Assembly: GCA_026415215.1 (NCBI GenBank)
Contig: JAOAHN010000063.1
Span: forward strand, 778-64,777
Direction of reading: 5' to 3'
DNA: 64,000 nt
Origin: Candidatus Hydrogenedentota bacterium
GTDB lineage: Bacteria > Hydrogenedentota > Hydrogenedentia > Hydrogenedentales > Hydrogenedentaceae
Shown here in pieces: positions 44,486-55,418 of this stretch; position 1 is the stretch's first letter; every line of letters begins with the position of its first letter. Both the position numbers and the translations under genes were made by a program. The notes below the pieces were generated by a model. That model was not told the origin of the DNA, searched no databases, and saw only the letters and a program-made list of their open reading frames with translations.

Positions 44486-45496
44486 TTAAAGAATCAGATT
44501 AAAATCAATGGGCTCACATAAAGCTTTTAGGTTTTCGTGGGGCGTACCACCTGGAACCTCACATCCCGCACCTATCATAAGAGGAAACCCCACTTCCCTA
44601 TACAAATCTCTTAACTTTCCCTTTATTTCGTCAGGAGTAGAGTTCATAACCTCTCTAACTGGGTCAATATTAGTGACTAAAACTGAATCTGGGCCCAAAA
44701 TCTCTCTTGCTTCTCTTAATGGAACAAACCAATCTAAATCGTAAATATCGCAGGGGAGTTCTCTCCAGAAGTTCAACAAGTGCTTTGTATTACCACAAAT
44801 ATGGAGTCTTACAAATCCTCCAGCATCTTTAATTGCCTTCATAAGTTTATATTCGTGTGGGAAAATTAACTCGTAATAGGTTTGAGGTGATACTTGACTT
44901 GCAATAGCATCGCCAATGCCAATCGTATCTGCACCCTCCTGAAGTTGGGCAAGAGCAAACCGAATAGAAGTTTCAGTACAAAACCCCATCAGTTCAAAAG
45001 CATATTCAGGTCTAATAAGCAAATCTGTAAGAAAATCCGTAACTCCCCTTAAATCTGCAGCCTCCGCTGCAGGTCCTTCTACCCAACCCATCACAGAATA
45101 ATTTTTATTTGCTCTATTTCTCATCTCTCTTACTGCAAGAAGTCTATCCATCATCCTTTCCGCTTTATAAGGATTCGGAGGTTCCAATCTTGTAAAATCA
45201 AGATCATCCTTCAATAAAGGCTCTACACAACGAGGAACTTCATCCTCTGGAAAATATAACTCCGCTCCAAATCCTGAGGTCTCTCTAAACGGATCCGAAA
45301 TTGCACTCCACTGATCAACCCCAAAGTCCTCACTACATTTCTCATTTGCTCTAACCAACACATGATAATCGCTTACGAACTCTCTGTATTTTGCTCCTAT
45401 ATAGTGCGCTGAAAAAAACATTAGAATGGGAATTCTTGGCAAAAAATCTACAGGCTGTTTTTTTATAGTTCTCTCGTATCGCTCAAGTGAGTTCAT
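44486..45496 (-). CDS. Uroporphyrinogen decarboxylase (URO-D) family protein, UroD/MtaA-like.
   Basis: About 336 aa with URO-D-family architecture (…RIPILMFFSAHYIGAKYREF…, …GAGCEVPGGTPHENL…). Confidence 0.6.
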   Translation of the reverse strand: MNSLERYERTIKKQPVDFLPRIPILMFFSAHYIGAKYREFVSDYHVLVRANEKCSEDFGVDQWSAISDPFRETSGFGAELYFPEDEVPRCVEPLLKDDLDFTRLEPPNPYKAERMMDRLLAVREMRNRANKNYSVMGWVEGPAAEAADLRGVTDFLTDLLIRPEYAFELMGFCTETSIRFALAQLQEGADTIGIGDAIASQVSPQTYYELIFPHEYKLMKAIKDAGGFVRLHICGNTKHLLNFWRELPCDIYDLDWFVPLREAREILGPDSVLVTNIDPVREVMNSTPDEIKGKLRDLYREVGFPLMIGAGCEVPGGTPHENLKALCEPIDFNLIL

Positions 45497-45553
45497 AAAG
45501 TATTTACCTTCTCTACTCTAATGATAACCAAAACATTTAGATCAAACAAAAAA

Positions 45554-48430
45554 TTATACTCTTTGAAAATTCCCTTTATATTTATCCCTTAATCCCAATT
45601 TCTCTCTTAAAAATTTCCCAGTATACGATTCTTTAACCTTTACAATTTTCTCTGGCGGACCCACAGCAACAACATTTCCACCATCTTCTCCTCCCTCTGG
45701 ACCAAGATCGATTATCCAATCTGCAGTTCTTATAACCTCGAGATTGTGTTCAATTACAATCACAGTATTTCCGTAATCTACAAGTTGATGAAGCACTCTT
45801 AAAAGTCTGTCCACATCTACAGCATGTAGCCCTGTCGTAGGTTCATCAAGAATGTAAAGAGTGTTACCAGTGTGCCTTCTTAAAAGCTCAGTAGCAAGCT
45901 TAACCCTCTGTGCCTCCCCTCCTGAAAGGGTAGTAGCGGGCTGACCAAGTTTTATGTACCCTAAACCGACCTCATAAAGAGTGCGCAGAGGTTTAGCAAT
46001 AGAAGGGATATTCTTAAAAAAATCGAGCGCATCTTCAACTGTCATATCAAGAACATCTGCCACGCTCTTACCTTTATATAAGACTTGTAGAGTGTCCCGA
46101 TTATATCTCTTTCCTTTACAGGTTTCACACGGGATATATACATCTGGTAAAAATTGCATTTCTATTACTAAAAAACCATTACCTTCACACTCTTCACACC
46201 TTCCACCTTTAACATTAAAACTAAACCTTCCCGGTGTGTAGCCTCTTGCCCTCGCTTCAGGAGTCTTACTAAATAATTCTCTTATAGGAGTAAACACCCC
46301 CGTGTATGTAGCAGGATTAGACCTTGGAGTTCGGCCAATCGGAGACTGGTCTACATCTATTATCTTGTCTATATGCTCTAACCCTTCTATAGTTTCATAA
46401 TAAAGCTTCCTATCCGGTTTCTTCTTGTTAAGTGCGAACTGAACAGCGGGAAACAAGGTCTCATTTACTAAACTCGATTTACCAGAGCCGGATACACCTG
46501 TAACACAAATGAACAATCCCAATGGGAAAGCTACATCAATATTCTTTAGGTTATTCAAAGAGGCACCTCTTACAACAAGCCATTTGTCTTTAGGGCTACG
46601 CCTTTTGGTAGGAACATAAACTTTAAACTTCCCAGAGAGATATTGTCCCGTATACGAGTTCTCACATTTCTCAATATCAGAAGGCTTACCTTGAACAACC
46701 ACCCTACCCCCATGGATACCGGCGCCAGGCCCTAAATCTACTACATAGTCAGCGGAACGAATAGTAGTTTCGTCATGTTCGACTACTATCACGGTATTTC
46801 CCAAATCTCTCAATCTTTGCAAAGTGTTAATCAATCTTTGGGTATCTCTCGGATGTAAACCTATGCTCGGCTCATCGAGTACATATATTACTCCAACTAA
46901 TCCAGAACCTATCTGACTTGCCAATCTAATCCTCTGTGATTCACCTCCGGATAAAGTGCCCGCAGACCTATCGAGTGTAAGGTAATCTAACCCAACATTA
47001 GCGAGAAAAGTTAATCTTAATTTGATTTCTTTCAACAATCTTTCCGCAATCTTGGCTTGAAGCTCACCCAACTCTAAATTATCGAAAAAGTTTAGCAGTT
47101 CTCTAACTGACATGCTCGTTACTTCAACTATATTTTTACCTCCAATTTTTACAGCTCTTGCCTCTGGCTTTAACCTCGTCCCCTGGCACATACGACATAT
47201 CTTAGTTGTCATATACTTTTCAATCATCTCTCTTGCACGAGTCGAAGTTGTATCTCTATATCTTCTTTCTAAATTAGGTATTACCCCTTCGAAAGACTTA
47301 TAAGTCTCATATTTGCTGTTAGCCATGTTATAAGTAAAATGTATGACCTCATCTCCCGAGCCGTAGAGAATCACATCCTTTAACTCCTCAGATAAATCTT
47401 TCCAAGGGGTAAAGGGACTTTCTCCATAATGTTCACAGACCATTCTTAACATTTTCCTATACATAGAATCGAGCACAGGGCGTTGACTCCATGGCTCAAT
47501 TGCACCCTCCGCAATTGATAATTCCGGATCAGGCACTACCAAATCTGGGTCTATTTCAGTCACAGTCCCTAACCCACCGCAAGCAGGACAAGCACCGTTA
47601 GGGTTATTAAACGAAAACATTCTCGGCTCAAGTTCTTCTACGGAAATTCCACAATCTATACAAGATAGATGTTCACTGTGTATGACCTCTTTAGGATGCT
47701 GACCAGGAATCTCGTACCAAACTCTAACCAACCCTTTTCCATATTTAAGGGCAGTTTCAACTGAGTCTGTTAACCTCTTCTGAACTTCAGGCTTTATTAC
47801 CAATCGATCTACAACTACATCTACATCATGTTTCACATACCTCTCTAATTTAATATCATCTTCGACATTATAAATTGTTCCATCTACTCTAATCCTGACA
47901 AATCCAGACTTCTTTATCTCTTCGAACAACTTTGTATAATTACCTTTCCTCTGTCTAACAACAGGAGCAAGTATCTGGACCTTCGTCTGTTCAGGAAATT
48001 TCATCATTACATCCACAATTTGCTGGGGCGTTTGCGCTGTAATAACCTTCCCACATTTATAACAATGAGGAGTACCAACCCGCGCAAAAAGCAATCTCAA
48101 ATAATCATATATTTCCGTCACAGTTCCCACAGTGGACCGAGGATTTCTATGAACCGTCTTTTGCTCTATGGAAATAGCAGGACTCAACCCCTCTATAAGG
48201 TCCACATCCGGCTTTTCCATCTGCTCCAAAAATTGCCTCGCATAAGCAGAAAGACTTTCTACATATCTTCTTTGTCCTTCTGCATAAAGGGTGTCAAACG
48301 CCAAACTTGACTTACCTGAACCACTTAGGCCAGTTATAACTATTAGTTTATTTCTCGGCAGGTCTAAATTAATATTAGCTAAATTATGCTGTCTTGCTCC
48401 TCTTATCATTATGTAATTCAGTGAATCCAT
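45554..48430 (-). CDS. uvrA: Excinuclease ABC subunit A.
   Basis: IRGARQHNL start, two ABC cassettes ([10 protein letters not shown] and [10 protein letters not shown]), zinc-finger Cys clusters and about 958 aa. Confidence 0.95.
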   Translation of the reverse strand: MDSLNYIMIRGARQHNLANINLDLPRNKLIVITGLSGSGKSSLAFDTLYAEGQRRYVESLSAYARQFLEQMEKPDVDLIEGLSPAISIEQKTVHRNPRSTVGTVTEIYDYLRLLFARVGTPHCYKCGKVITAQTPQQIVDVMMKFPEQTKVQILAPVVRQRKGNYTKLFEEIKKSGFVRIRVDGTIYNVEDDIKLERYVKHDVDVVVDRLVIKPEVQKRLTDSVETALKYGKGLVRVWYEIPGQHPKEVIHSEHLSCIDCGISVEELEPRMFSFNNPNGACPACGGLGTVTEIDPDLVVPDPELSIAEGAIEPWSQRPVLDSMYRKMLRMVCEHYGESPFTPWKDLSEELKDVILYGSGDEVIHFTYNMANSKYETYKSFEGVIPNLERRYRDTTSTRAREMIEKYMTTKICRMCQGTRLKPEARAVKIGGKNIVEVTSMSVRELLNFFDNLELGELQAKIAERLLKEIKLRLTFLANVGLDYLTLDRSAGTLSGGESQRIRLASQIGSGLVGVIYVLDEPSIGLHPRDTQRLINTLQRLRDLGNTVIVVEHDETTIRSADYVVDLGPGAGIHGGRVVVQGKPSDIEKCENSYTGQYLSGKFKVYVPTKRRSPKDKWLVVRGASLNNLKNIDVAFPLGLFICVTGVSGSGKSSLVNETLFPAVQFALNKKKPDRKLYYETIEGLEHIDKIIDVDQSPIGRTPRSNPATYTGVFTPIRELFSKTPEARARGYTPGRFSFNVKGGRCEECEGNGFLVIEMQFLPDVYIPCETCKGKRYNRDTLQVLYKGKSVADVLDMTVEDALDFFKNIPSIAKPLRTLYEVGLGYIKLGQPATTLSGGEAQRVKLATELLRRHTGNTLYILDEPTTGLHAVDVDRLLRVLHQLVDYGNTVIVIEHNLEVIRTADWIIDLGPEGGEDGGNVVAVGPPEKIVKVKESYTGKFLREKLGLRDKYKGNFQRV

Positions 48431-48476
48431 AGGAAAACAAACCCTAAACCAACAACTTTAGCTCCACAAAATTTTC

Positions 48477-50411
48477 TTAAAAAGAACTTACCTCTCCCTT
48501 CTGCTCTTGATTCTCCATCGAAAATTTTCCCCCTATAAAAATATTTCCATCATTAGTTTCTAATAGCAAACTAAATTTACCATCTCCTAAAACAGTTTCT
48601 CCCTCCTGATTTACTCTCGAAAAGGAACCCGTCAGAGTATAAGTTGAATCAATTATTCCATTTACTGCTTTTGCTTTTACCTTACAATTAGGATTTGATG
48701 GAAGAATGATACTTATACCGCCACCCATACACTTTAAATCTAAATCACTCATGATATCTGATAAAAACAAAGCCTTAATTTCACCATTTTGGTTTACTAC
48801 CTTAGTACTCGCTGTTGAGTCCTCTAAATTTATTTTTGCTTCAACACCGTTAATAGTCAAGTTGCCACCTACAAATTTAGTATTCACAGACCCTTTTTTA
48901 ATATTAATATCACCTACTCCCTCCGAACCTTCAATGTAAACATTACCATTTACCATAGAAACAACATATTCACCCTTAATATTTCTAAGAGATAAATTTC
49001 CACCTTCTTGGTTAACTCTTAAATTCTTTTCCATAGATTCAAAAGTGCATTCTCCACCACCAGAAATCACATCCACACCTATAAAAGAGGGACACAATAT
49101 TTGAATCTCCACTCTCCAATCTGCAACATCAACACCTAAACCATCTAATAAGCCCCCAATTGTCAAATATAGCCTGTTATCAGTTCGATGAAAATCCCTA
49201 ACTATTTTCTCCATAACTACAGGTGCCTTCTCCGAGTCATTTAACCATACCAGACGCGAAATCTTAATAGTCACCTTATTTTGGTCTGAACCTATCAAAT
49301 GAATTCCACCTCTTTGATTATTAATAATCAAAATATCCTCTGAATTCGCAGTCTCTTCCAAAACAATCATATCTGTAAACGGTTTTGCAGTCGATACCTT
49401 TTCACTTACCCCACTATCAGCTTCGCTTCCAGACTGTATGACTATCTTAGAAAAATTTGCACTAAGGTAAAGCTCTCTCTTAGATTCAGGATTCAATAAT
49501 TCAATCTTATTAAAGTAACCTACACTCTTTTTTACCACAGGCAAATCAGAGACAAACTCTCCGCCTACCATACTGCCAGTTATACTGCTCTCCTTTCCCG
49601 CTGATAAATAATACCTTAATTCACCTCCATCCATATTTATCTGGACTTTAGGAGAAGAAATCTCCCTTAAAACTACATCACACATCGAAGAATTTAAATT
49701 TATATCTCCTCCCATATCAACTATTTCTGCTCTTGTCCTAGCTAAGTTTAATACAGCATTTCCAGTTACTTTCTTAAGAGACAAAGAGAACTCTCCTTGC
49801 ATCTGAATACTCACAGCCCCCCCTATGTTTTGAACATCAACATTTCCAAACTGACATAAAATACTCACATTCCCTAATATGTCCCGAATAGTTACATCAC
49901 CAAAAAAATTATCAACACTTATCGAAGAAAACCTCGGAACCATTAATTCGTAGTCAATTTGCAAATACTCTATGTTAGTTTCTGGTGTTTTACTCTGTAT
50001 ATGAAAGTTATTCTCTTCTTTCGAAGTTGATAATTCAAAGCTGTTAACTAATTGATCAACAACATCTTTAGAATTTCCACCTGCGGTGATAGTTGCTTCT
50101 ACTCTAATGATTGGGTTATTCCAACTTTTTATATTAACCTTACCAAACTCATTCTTTATAGACAAGATGACTGTATCTGTCTCTATTTCAAATTGTTCAC
50201 TGATTTTGCGAGAAGAAGAAAAAGGTAGTTTTTCATCCCGCATTAAATTAGAACGAATCAACAAATCCGAAAATGAACCTAATTGCTGGATACCCCTTAT
50301 AATCCTTTCAAACCCAGACTTTAAATATTGTGAGCGTTGTTCCTGCGCGAACAAATTTGTACAAAAAAACATAAAAAACAGTAGAAATATCTGTTTTCTG
50401 CTTAAATGCAT
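48477..50411 (-). CDS. Secreted protein with DUF4097-like (putative adhesin, beta-rich) repeats.
   Basis: Signal peptide. Reiterated GDVTIRDILGNVSI…GNVDVQNIGGAVSIQ-type strands. Confidence 0.45.
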   Translation of the reverse strand: MHLSRKQIFLLFFMFFCTNLFAQEQRSQYLKSGFERIIRGIQQLGSFSDLLIRSNLMRDEKLPFSSSRKISEQFEIETDTVILSIKNEFGKVNIKSWNNPIIRVEATITAGGNSKDVVDQLVNSFELSTSKEENNFHIQSKTPETNIEYLQIDYELMVPRFSSISVDNFFGDVTIRDILGNVSILCQFGNVDVQNIGGAVSIQMQGEFSLSLKKVTGNAVLNLARTRAEIVDMGGDINLNSSMCDVVLREISSPKVQINMDGGELRYYLSAGKESSITGSMVGGEFVSDLPVVKKSVGYFNKIELLNPESKRELYLSANFSKIVIQSGSEADSGVSEKVSTAKPFTDMIVLEETANSEDILIINNQRGGIHLIGSDQNKVTIKISRLVWLNDSEKAPVVMEKIVRDFHRTDNRLYLTIGGLLDGLGVDVADWRVEIQILCPSFIGVDVISGGGECTFESMEKNLRVNQEGGNLSLRNIKGEYVVSMVNGNVYIEGSEGVGDINIKKGSVNTKFVGGNLTINGVEAKINLEDSTASTKVVNQNGEIKALFLSDIMSDLDLKCMGGGISIILPSNPNCKVKAKAVNGIIDSTYTLTGSFSRVNQEGETVLGDGKFSLLLETNDGNIFIGGKFSMENQEQKGEVSSF

Positions 50412-50473
50412 ATTATATCCCCATTAATTTATATACTCTATTTCTTCTCTCTTACCTAACGATTAATTTCATA

Positions 50474-51898
50474 CTATTTCTTTATTCTCAATTTAGAGAG
50501 CATTTCCCTTAAAATTTTTAATACTCTATTCCCATCTACACGCTCTCCAAACTTTTCCATATCAAACTCACCAGTAAAAATTTTCTCTACCATCTTTCTT
50601 ACTTCTTTCTCTACTAATGCTCTTGCAGGGATATTTGCAAGCATACCATAAGTAGGCGCCTTAGAATATCTCCCTATATCTCGGTTTCCTCTAACTTTTT
50701 CTACAGAATCTCTTAAATCCTCAATATACCTCTCAACAATATCTTTATGAGTAGGGTTAATCATTTGATGTATACTCGGCGGTTTCTGTTGTCTATCAAT
50801 ATGCCATCCTTTTTCTTCCATCACATCAGCCACAGCGTAAATATTCAAGTTTTTATCTGTACTATAGTATGCAAACACAGGACCACACGGATTGCCAACT
50901 ATATCCAAACCCGGTATACTTCTAATCCCTTCCTGAAATCTCTCAACAGTATCAATAAGAAGCTTACTATTATCCATATATCCTTTCTCTCCAATCGACA
51001 TAAGCGTAGCCCATGCAGAGGCAATAGCACCTCCAGGTCTCGTCCCTAACATTCCAGGACTCATATATATACCACCGGGCCAATTCACATACACAAATAT
51101 TTGCTCTCTCATGAACTCTATCGACTTATACAAAATCACAGAAGCACCTTTTGCAGAATAACCATATTTGTGGATATCCACCGAAATAGAAGTCACTCCA
51201 GGAACTCGAAAATCAAATAATGGAACTTCTTTTCCTAACTTTTCCCACCAAGGTAAGACCATCCCTCCTATACATGCATCCACATGAAGGAGAAGGTTAT
51301 ATCTTTGAGCAAGTTTTCCTAACTCAATTATAGGATCCACTGCACCACAAGGGTAATTAGGTGCAGAACCAACCACTGCAACAGTCTTTGATGTAATCCG
51401 CCTTTCTACAGCATCTACATCTACCCTCCCTTCAGAATCTACAGGAGCATGTACTATTTTTATATCAAAGTATTCTCCCGCTTTTTCAAAGGCTACATGA
51501 GCTGTATCGGGCACTATGACCTCTGGGATAAAGAACCTATCTCTTCTCCTATTTCTAATATAATCTCTGTAGGTCTTCATCGCTAAAAGTATACTTTCAG
51601 TCCCACCAGATGTCATACAACCTACAACACCATCATCTCCATTCAATAAATTAGCAACCATCCTAACAACCTCAGACTCAAATTTTTTTAGACTCTGAAA
51701 AGCAAAAGGATTTAATCCATTTTCATGAAAGAAACTCGTATATACTTCCTTAAGAAACTCTGTATGTTCATCAGATAGATGAAATACAAGGCTAAAAATC
51801 TTACCCTCTTCCCATCGTGCATCTCTCTCCCTTGCTTTACTCATCTCAATCATAATTTCATCTCGAGACATCCCAATCTCTGGAATGGTCATACTCAT
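50474..51898 (-). CDS. PLP-dependent group II decarboxylase, sphingosine-1-phosphate-lyase-like / glutamate-decarboxylase family.
   Basis: The PLP-lysine block SISVDIHKYGYSAKGASVILYK parallels S1P-lyase SxSADTHKYGxAPKGSSV. CMTSGGTESILLA also matches the family. Confidence 0.7.
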   Translation of the reverse strand: MSMTIPEIGMSRDEIMIEMSKARERDARWEEGKIFSLVFHLSDEHTEFLKEVYTSFFHENGLNPFAFQSLKKFESEVVRMVANLLNGDDGVVGCMTSGGTESILLAMKTYRDYIRNRRRDRFFIPEVIVPDTAHVAFEKAGEYFDIKIVHAPVDSEGRVDVDAVERRITSKTVAVVGSAPNYPCGAVDPIIELGKLAQRYNLLLHVDACIGGMVLPWWEKLGKEVPLFDFRVPGVTSISVDIHKYGYSAKGASVILYKSIEFMREQIFVYVNWPGGIYMSPGMLGTRPGGAIASAWATLMSIGEKGYMDNSKLLIDTVERFQEGIRSIPGLDIVGNPCGPVFAYYSTDKNLNIYAVADVMEEKGWHIDRQQKPPSIHQMINPTHKDIVERYIEDLRDSVEKVRGNRDIGRYSKAPTYGMLANIPARALVEKEVRKMVEKIFTGEFDMEKFGERVDGNRVLKILREMLSKLRIKK

Positions 51899-51931
51899 TG
51901 TTTACCTCCTATCTTGCATCTCTTTAAATAC

Positions 51932-52771
51932 TCAAAATACAAGTACATTAAAAGCAATTATAATCATCTTAGATAATATGTAAACTAAGTCAACAAAGAT
52001 TGAAAATACAAACAATGCAACTACTGCATTCCTCAAATTTTGAAAAGTTTCATTCCATCCATTTGATAAAGGGAGTGAGGTGTATAAAGAAAATACAACT
52101 GAATTGAATCCCAAAATAAATGTCAATATTTTTGCAAAGTTCTTAGCCTCTTGTAACCATGCCATATCTTTAGGATGACTACCTACATAAATAACATATA
52201 TATAGTAAATTCCCTCGACAATTGAATGAAAACCAACATAAATCAATGCGGTAATTATCAAAGTAATAACTGACCGCATAATTATTGCAGGCCAGCTAAT
52301 CCTAATGAATTTCTGGATACCTTGCGAATTTTTGTACATAATCAAAAATAGAAAAAAGTATAAGAGCAAACCAATCCCCAAAAGTAAACCTAATTGCACA
52401 AAAAATACTCTCACCCAAAGCGGGTTAACTTTTAATTTCTTCCCAATTCCTCCACACACACCCAACCAAACTGACTGAGAAGGAGAAAGGGCCAATCTAT
52501 CAGAATTATCCAACTCATATAAGATACACTCTGACATCTTTTCTGCGGTTCCAAACCTAACCTCTAAAAGTTTTCTTACTTCTGAATCTCCTAATTGAAT
52601 TCCCTTCTCTTTCGTCAAAAACTCATAGATTTCTTCTCTTTTTTTAACTAATTCATTGCTGATATCTTGTAGGTCAAAGCCTTGCCTCCCCTCCAACTTT
52701 TTTTGTAATAAATTTTTTACTTCTCCAATGTAATCATCAACTATTCTGGAGTGTGATTTGGTTGTGCTCAT
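51932..52771 (-). CDS. PspC-domain membrane protein.
   Basis: RLALSPSQSVWLGVCGGIGKKLKVNPLWVRVFFVQLGLL matches the PspC domain, followed by extra TM helices. Confidence 0.55.
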   Translation of the reverse strand: MSTTKSHSRIVDDYIGEVKNLLQKKLEGRQGFDLQDISNELVKKREEIYEFLTKEKGIQLGDSEVRKLLEVRFGTAEKMSECILYELDNSDRLALSPSQSVWLGVCGGIGKKLKVNPLWVRVFFVQLGLLLGIGLLLYFFLFLIMYKNSQGIQKFIRISWPAIIMRSVITLIITALIYVGFHSIVEGIYYIYVIYVGSHPKDMAWLQEAKNFAKILTFILGFNSVVFSLYTSLPLSNGWNETFQNLRNAVVALFVFSIFVDLVYILSKMIIIAFNVLVF

Positions 52772-52939
52772 TTAATATTTAGTCATTAGTTTTAGAATAT
52801 TTTACTACAAAACTCTATTTTGTAATAGGAATAGAGAATACAATAAAAAACATTAATTTGTGAAATATAACTACAAGTTTAATATAATTCTTGCGGAAAA
52901 TTAACTACCGTAGAGAATTGAAATTCAGGGAACTGTATT

Positions 52940-54640
52940 ATGAACCTAATAACTAAGATCAAACTTTTATGGCACATAGCTAAGTGGAGAGCCACCTGGG
53001 ATTGGAGAAATACAAAAAAAGCAGTGAGAGTTCCGGGAAATCCAAAATTTATGAGTGCAAGGGAAGCGGTATCGCTTATTAAGGACGGATCTGTAATAGG
53101 AACCTCTGGATTAGCAGGGAATCAGCGATCTTCTCTAATCTGGTGGGCGATCAGAGAAATGTTTGAAGAAACTGGTCACCCAAGAGACTTGACAATAGTT
53201 AGCGTAGGAGGACAAGGCGGGAGGGGTAAAATACCTGGAACATTAGAAGAACTCGGCTTACCAGGTTTATGCACGAGACTGTTTACAGGCCACACGGAAA
53301 CATTTAAATCCCTACTAAAACTTGCTGACCAAGGACTCTGTGAAATTCAATGCATACCGCAAGGTACTCTTACTCTCATATTAAAAGCGATGGGAGAAGA
53401 AGGGAAAAACTATGTAATTAATAAGACAGGCATAGGAACTTTTATTGACCCCAGAGTAGGAAGAGGGACTCCAGTAGTAAATGGAGGTAAAAAACAGTGG
53501 GTAGAGGTGGTAGATGGGTGCCTAAAATATGAAGTGCCTTGGCTTGATGTAGCTGTGTTTAACGCACCAGCAGCCGATAGAGAAGGAAATATTTATGTGA
53601 AAAACTGTGCTATGATCGGGGAGAGTTATGAGATTACCAAAGCGGTAAAGCGTAGAGGAGGTGTTGTCATCGCTAATGTGGGATTGTTAGTAGATAAAGG
53701 ATATGACGAGATATTCCTACCTGCAAGTGATATAGATGCAATAGTTGTTTGGAAGGGCACAGAGCAATCAGGTGGGATACAACATAGAAAATATTGGGAC
53801 TTCTTTACTCTCAATAGCAAGACTCCAATAGAAGAAGGTATAGCAAGAGTTAGATTTGTCAATCGTGTATTGAAAATTACACCAGTTAGGACACCTGCAG
53901 ACGATGTATTGGCAAGGCTTGCTGCAAAAATTTTCGTCCAGAACTCTAAAAAAGGTGACTATATCGACATCGGAGTTGGTCTCCCAGAAGAAGCTTCGAG
54001 ATTACTATTCGAAAGTGGAGTACTAAAATATGTTACCCTTATGACAGAGAGTGGTGTTATAGGTGGACTACCCGCCCCAGGTATATTCTTTGGGGCTTCG
54101 ATTAATCCATCAGAAATAGTTTCCTCTGCTACAATCTTTACTCGAATGTACCAAAGACTCGATGGTGTCATCCTTGGTGCATTACAAGTAGACAGTGAGG
54201 GTAATGTTAATGTGTCAAAGCGCGGAGAGGGTGCTATAAATTATGTGGGTCCGGGAGGATTCATAGATCTAACAACCGCAGCCAAAACAGTCTACTTTTG
54301 CGTAGCTTGGGGTAACGAAGCCAAGATAAAAGTAGTAAATGGGAAGGTCAAAGTAATCGACCCTGGAAAACCAAAATTTATTGAAAAAGTAGATGAAATA
54401 ACATTCTCTGGGAAGGAAGCTCTAAAAAATGGCAAGAAAGTCTTCTATATTACTCATATAGGTGCATTTATGCTTACTGAGAGAGGAATGGAGATTAGAT
54501 GGATAATGCCCGGAGTAGACCTCCAAAAAGATATACTCGAAGTTACTCCTATGAGAGTAATCGTTCCCGAAAACGGACCAGAAGTAGTAGAAGAATCTAT
54601 AATTACAGGTAACAACTTCAAACTGACATTGGAAAGTTAA
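52940..54640 (+). CDS. Acyl-CoA:acetate / propionate CoA-transferase (Pct/YdiF family, fused A/B subunits).
   Basis: GIGTFIDPRVGRG and the C-terminal ITFSGKEALKNGKKVFYITHIGAFMLTERGMEIRWIMPGVDLQKDILE match propionate CoA-transferase ITFSGK…YITERAVF…IAPGVDLQKDIL. Confidence 0.8.
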   Translation: MNLITKIKLLWHIAKWRATWDWRNTKKAVRVPGNPKFMSAREAVSLIKDGSVIGTSGLAGNQRSSLIWWAIREMFEETGHPRDLTIVSVGGQGGRGKIPGTLEELGLPGLCTRLFTGHTETFKSLLKLADQGLCEIQCIPQGTLTLILKAMGEEGKNYVINKTGIGTFIDPRVGRGTPVVNGGKKQWVEVVDGCLKYEVPWLDVAVFNAPAADREGNIYVKNCAMIGESYEITKAVKRRGGVVIANVGLLVDKGYDEIFLPASDIDAIVVWKGTEQSGGIQHRKYWDFFTLNSKTPIEEGIARVRFVNRVLKITPVRTPADDVLARLAAKIFVQNSKKGDYIDIGVGLPEEASRLLFESGVLKYVTLMTESGVIGGLPAPGIFFGASINPSEIVSSATIFTRMYQRLDGVILGALQVDSEGNVNVSKRGEGAINYVGPGGFIDLTTAAKTVYFCVAWGNEAKIKVVNGKVKVIDPGKPKFIEKVDEITFSGKEALKNGKKVFYITHIGAFMLTERGMEIRWIMPGVDLQKDILEVTPMRVIVPENGPEVVEESIITGNNFKLTLES

Positions 54641-54643
54641 AAA

Positions 54644-55375
54644 TTAGCGTCCACTTACAAATGATTCTATCTCTGAAAATCTTTCTATAAACTCATACCA
54701 ACTTTGAAATATAAAGTCTGCACGAGTATCATTTCTATATTTGTCATTAACACCAACAAATAATCCTCCGTACCCACCTACTTCTTTAATACCTTTAATG
54801 TCAGTAGGCTCAAGATCCCCAATATGAAGTATGTTCTCAGGCCTCACATTTAACTTCTCTGCAGTCAACTCAAACATTATCGGACGAGGTTTTGAGACTC
54901 CAACTTCATCAGAATAACAACAGAACGAAAAATATTGAGAAAATTCATATTCATCAAGCAACTTCTGCAAGGACCTCCCCGGAGATATTCCCGTATCAGA
55001 AATCAAAGCCACGGGAAAATTTTCATAAGCAAGTTTTACAGCATCAATAGCACCTTCTATAGGTTCAGGCTGATATACCAAAATTGCAGTAGCAAATTCC
55101 TCTACTAAAAAGTCAAACTGCGATTTACTGAACTCAACTCCGAGATGAAGCGAAACAATATCTACCGCATCTTCAGGGTTTAGAGTTCTCTGTTCCTCTA
55201 TATGGCATCGGGCAAACTCTTTAGCAGCGATTGAAAGTGCTTCTTTAGCTTCTTCGAGAGAAACTGCCCCTCTCAAAATATTCGATATAGCTTTAGCCCG
55301 ATATTCCTGCCTCTCTTTCCCAAAAGCATCTTTAAATAAAGTTCCCCAAAAGTCAAATGTTATAGCCTTTATCAT
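54644..55375 (-). CDS. HAD-superfamily hydrolase.
   Basis: N-terminal motif I ITFDFWGTL and a C-terminal HIGD motif. Confidence 0.6.
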   Translation of the reverse strand: MIKAITFDFWGTLFKDAFGKERQEYRAKAISNILRGAVSLEEAKEALSIAAKEFARCHIEEQRTLNPEDAVDIVSLHLGVEFSKSQFDFLVEEFATAILVYQPEPIEGAIDAVKLAYENFPVALISDTGISPGRSLQKLLDEYEFSQYFSFCCYSDEVGVSKPRPIMFELTAEKLNVRPENILHIGDLEPTDIKGIKEVGGYGGLFVGVNDKYRNDTRADFIFQSWYEFIERFSEIESFVSGR

Positions 55376-55418
55376 ACCGCATACCCATCTACTAACTAAT
55401 TCATTTACAGAAAACTAA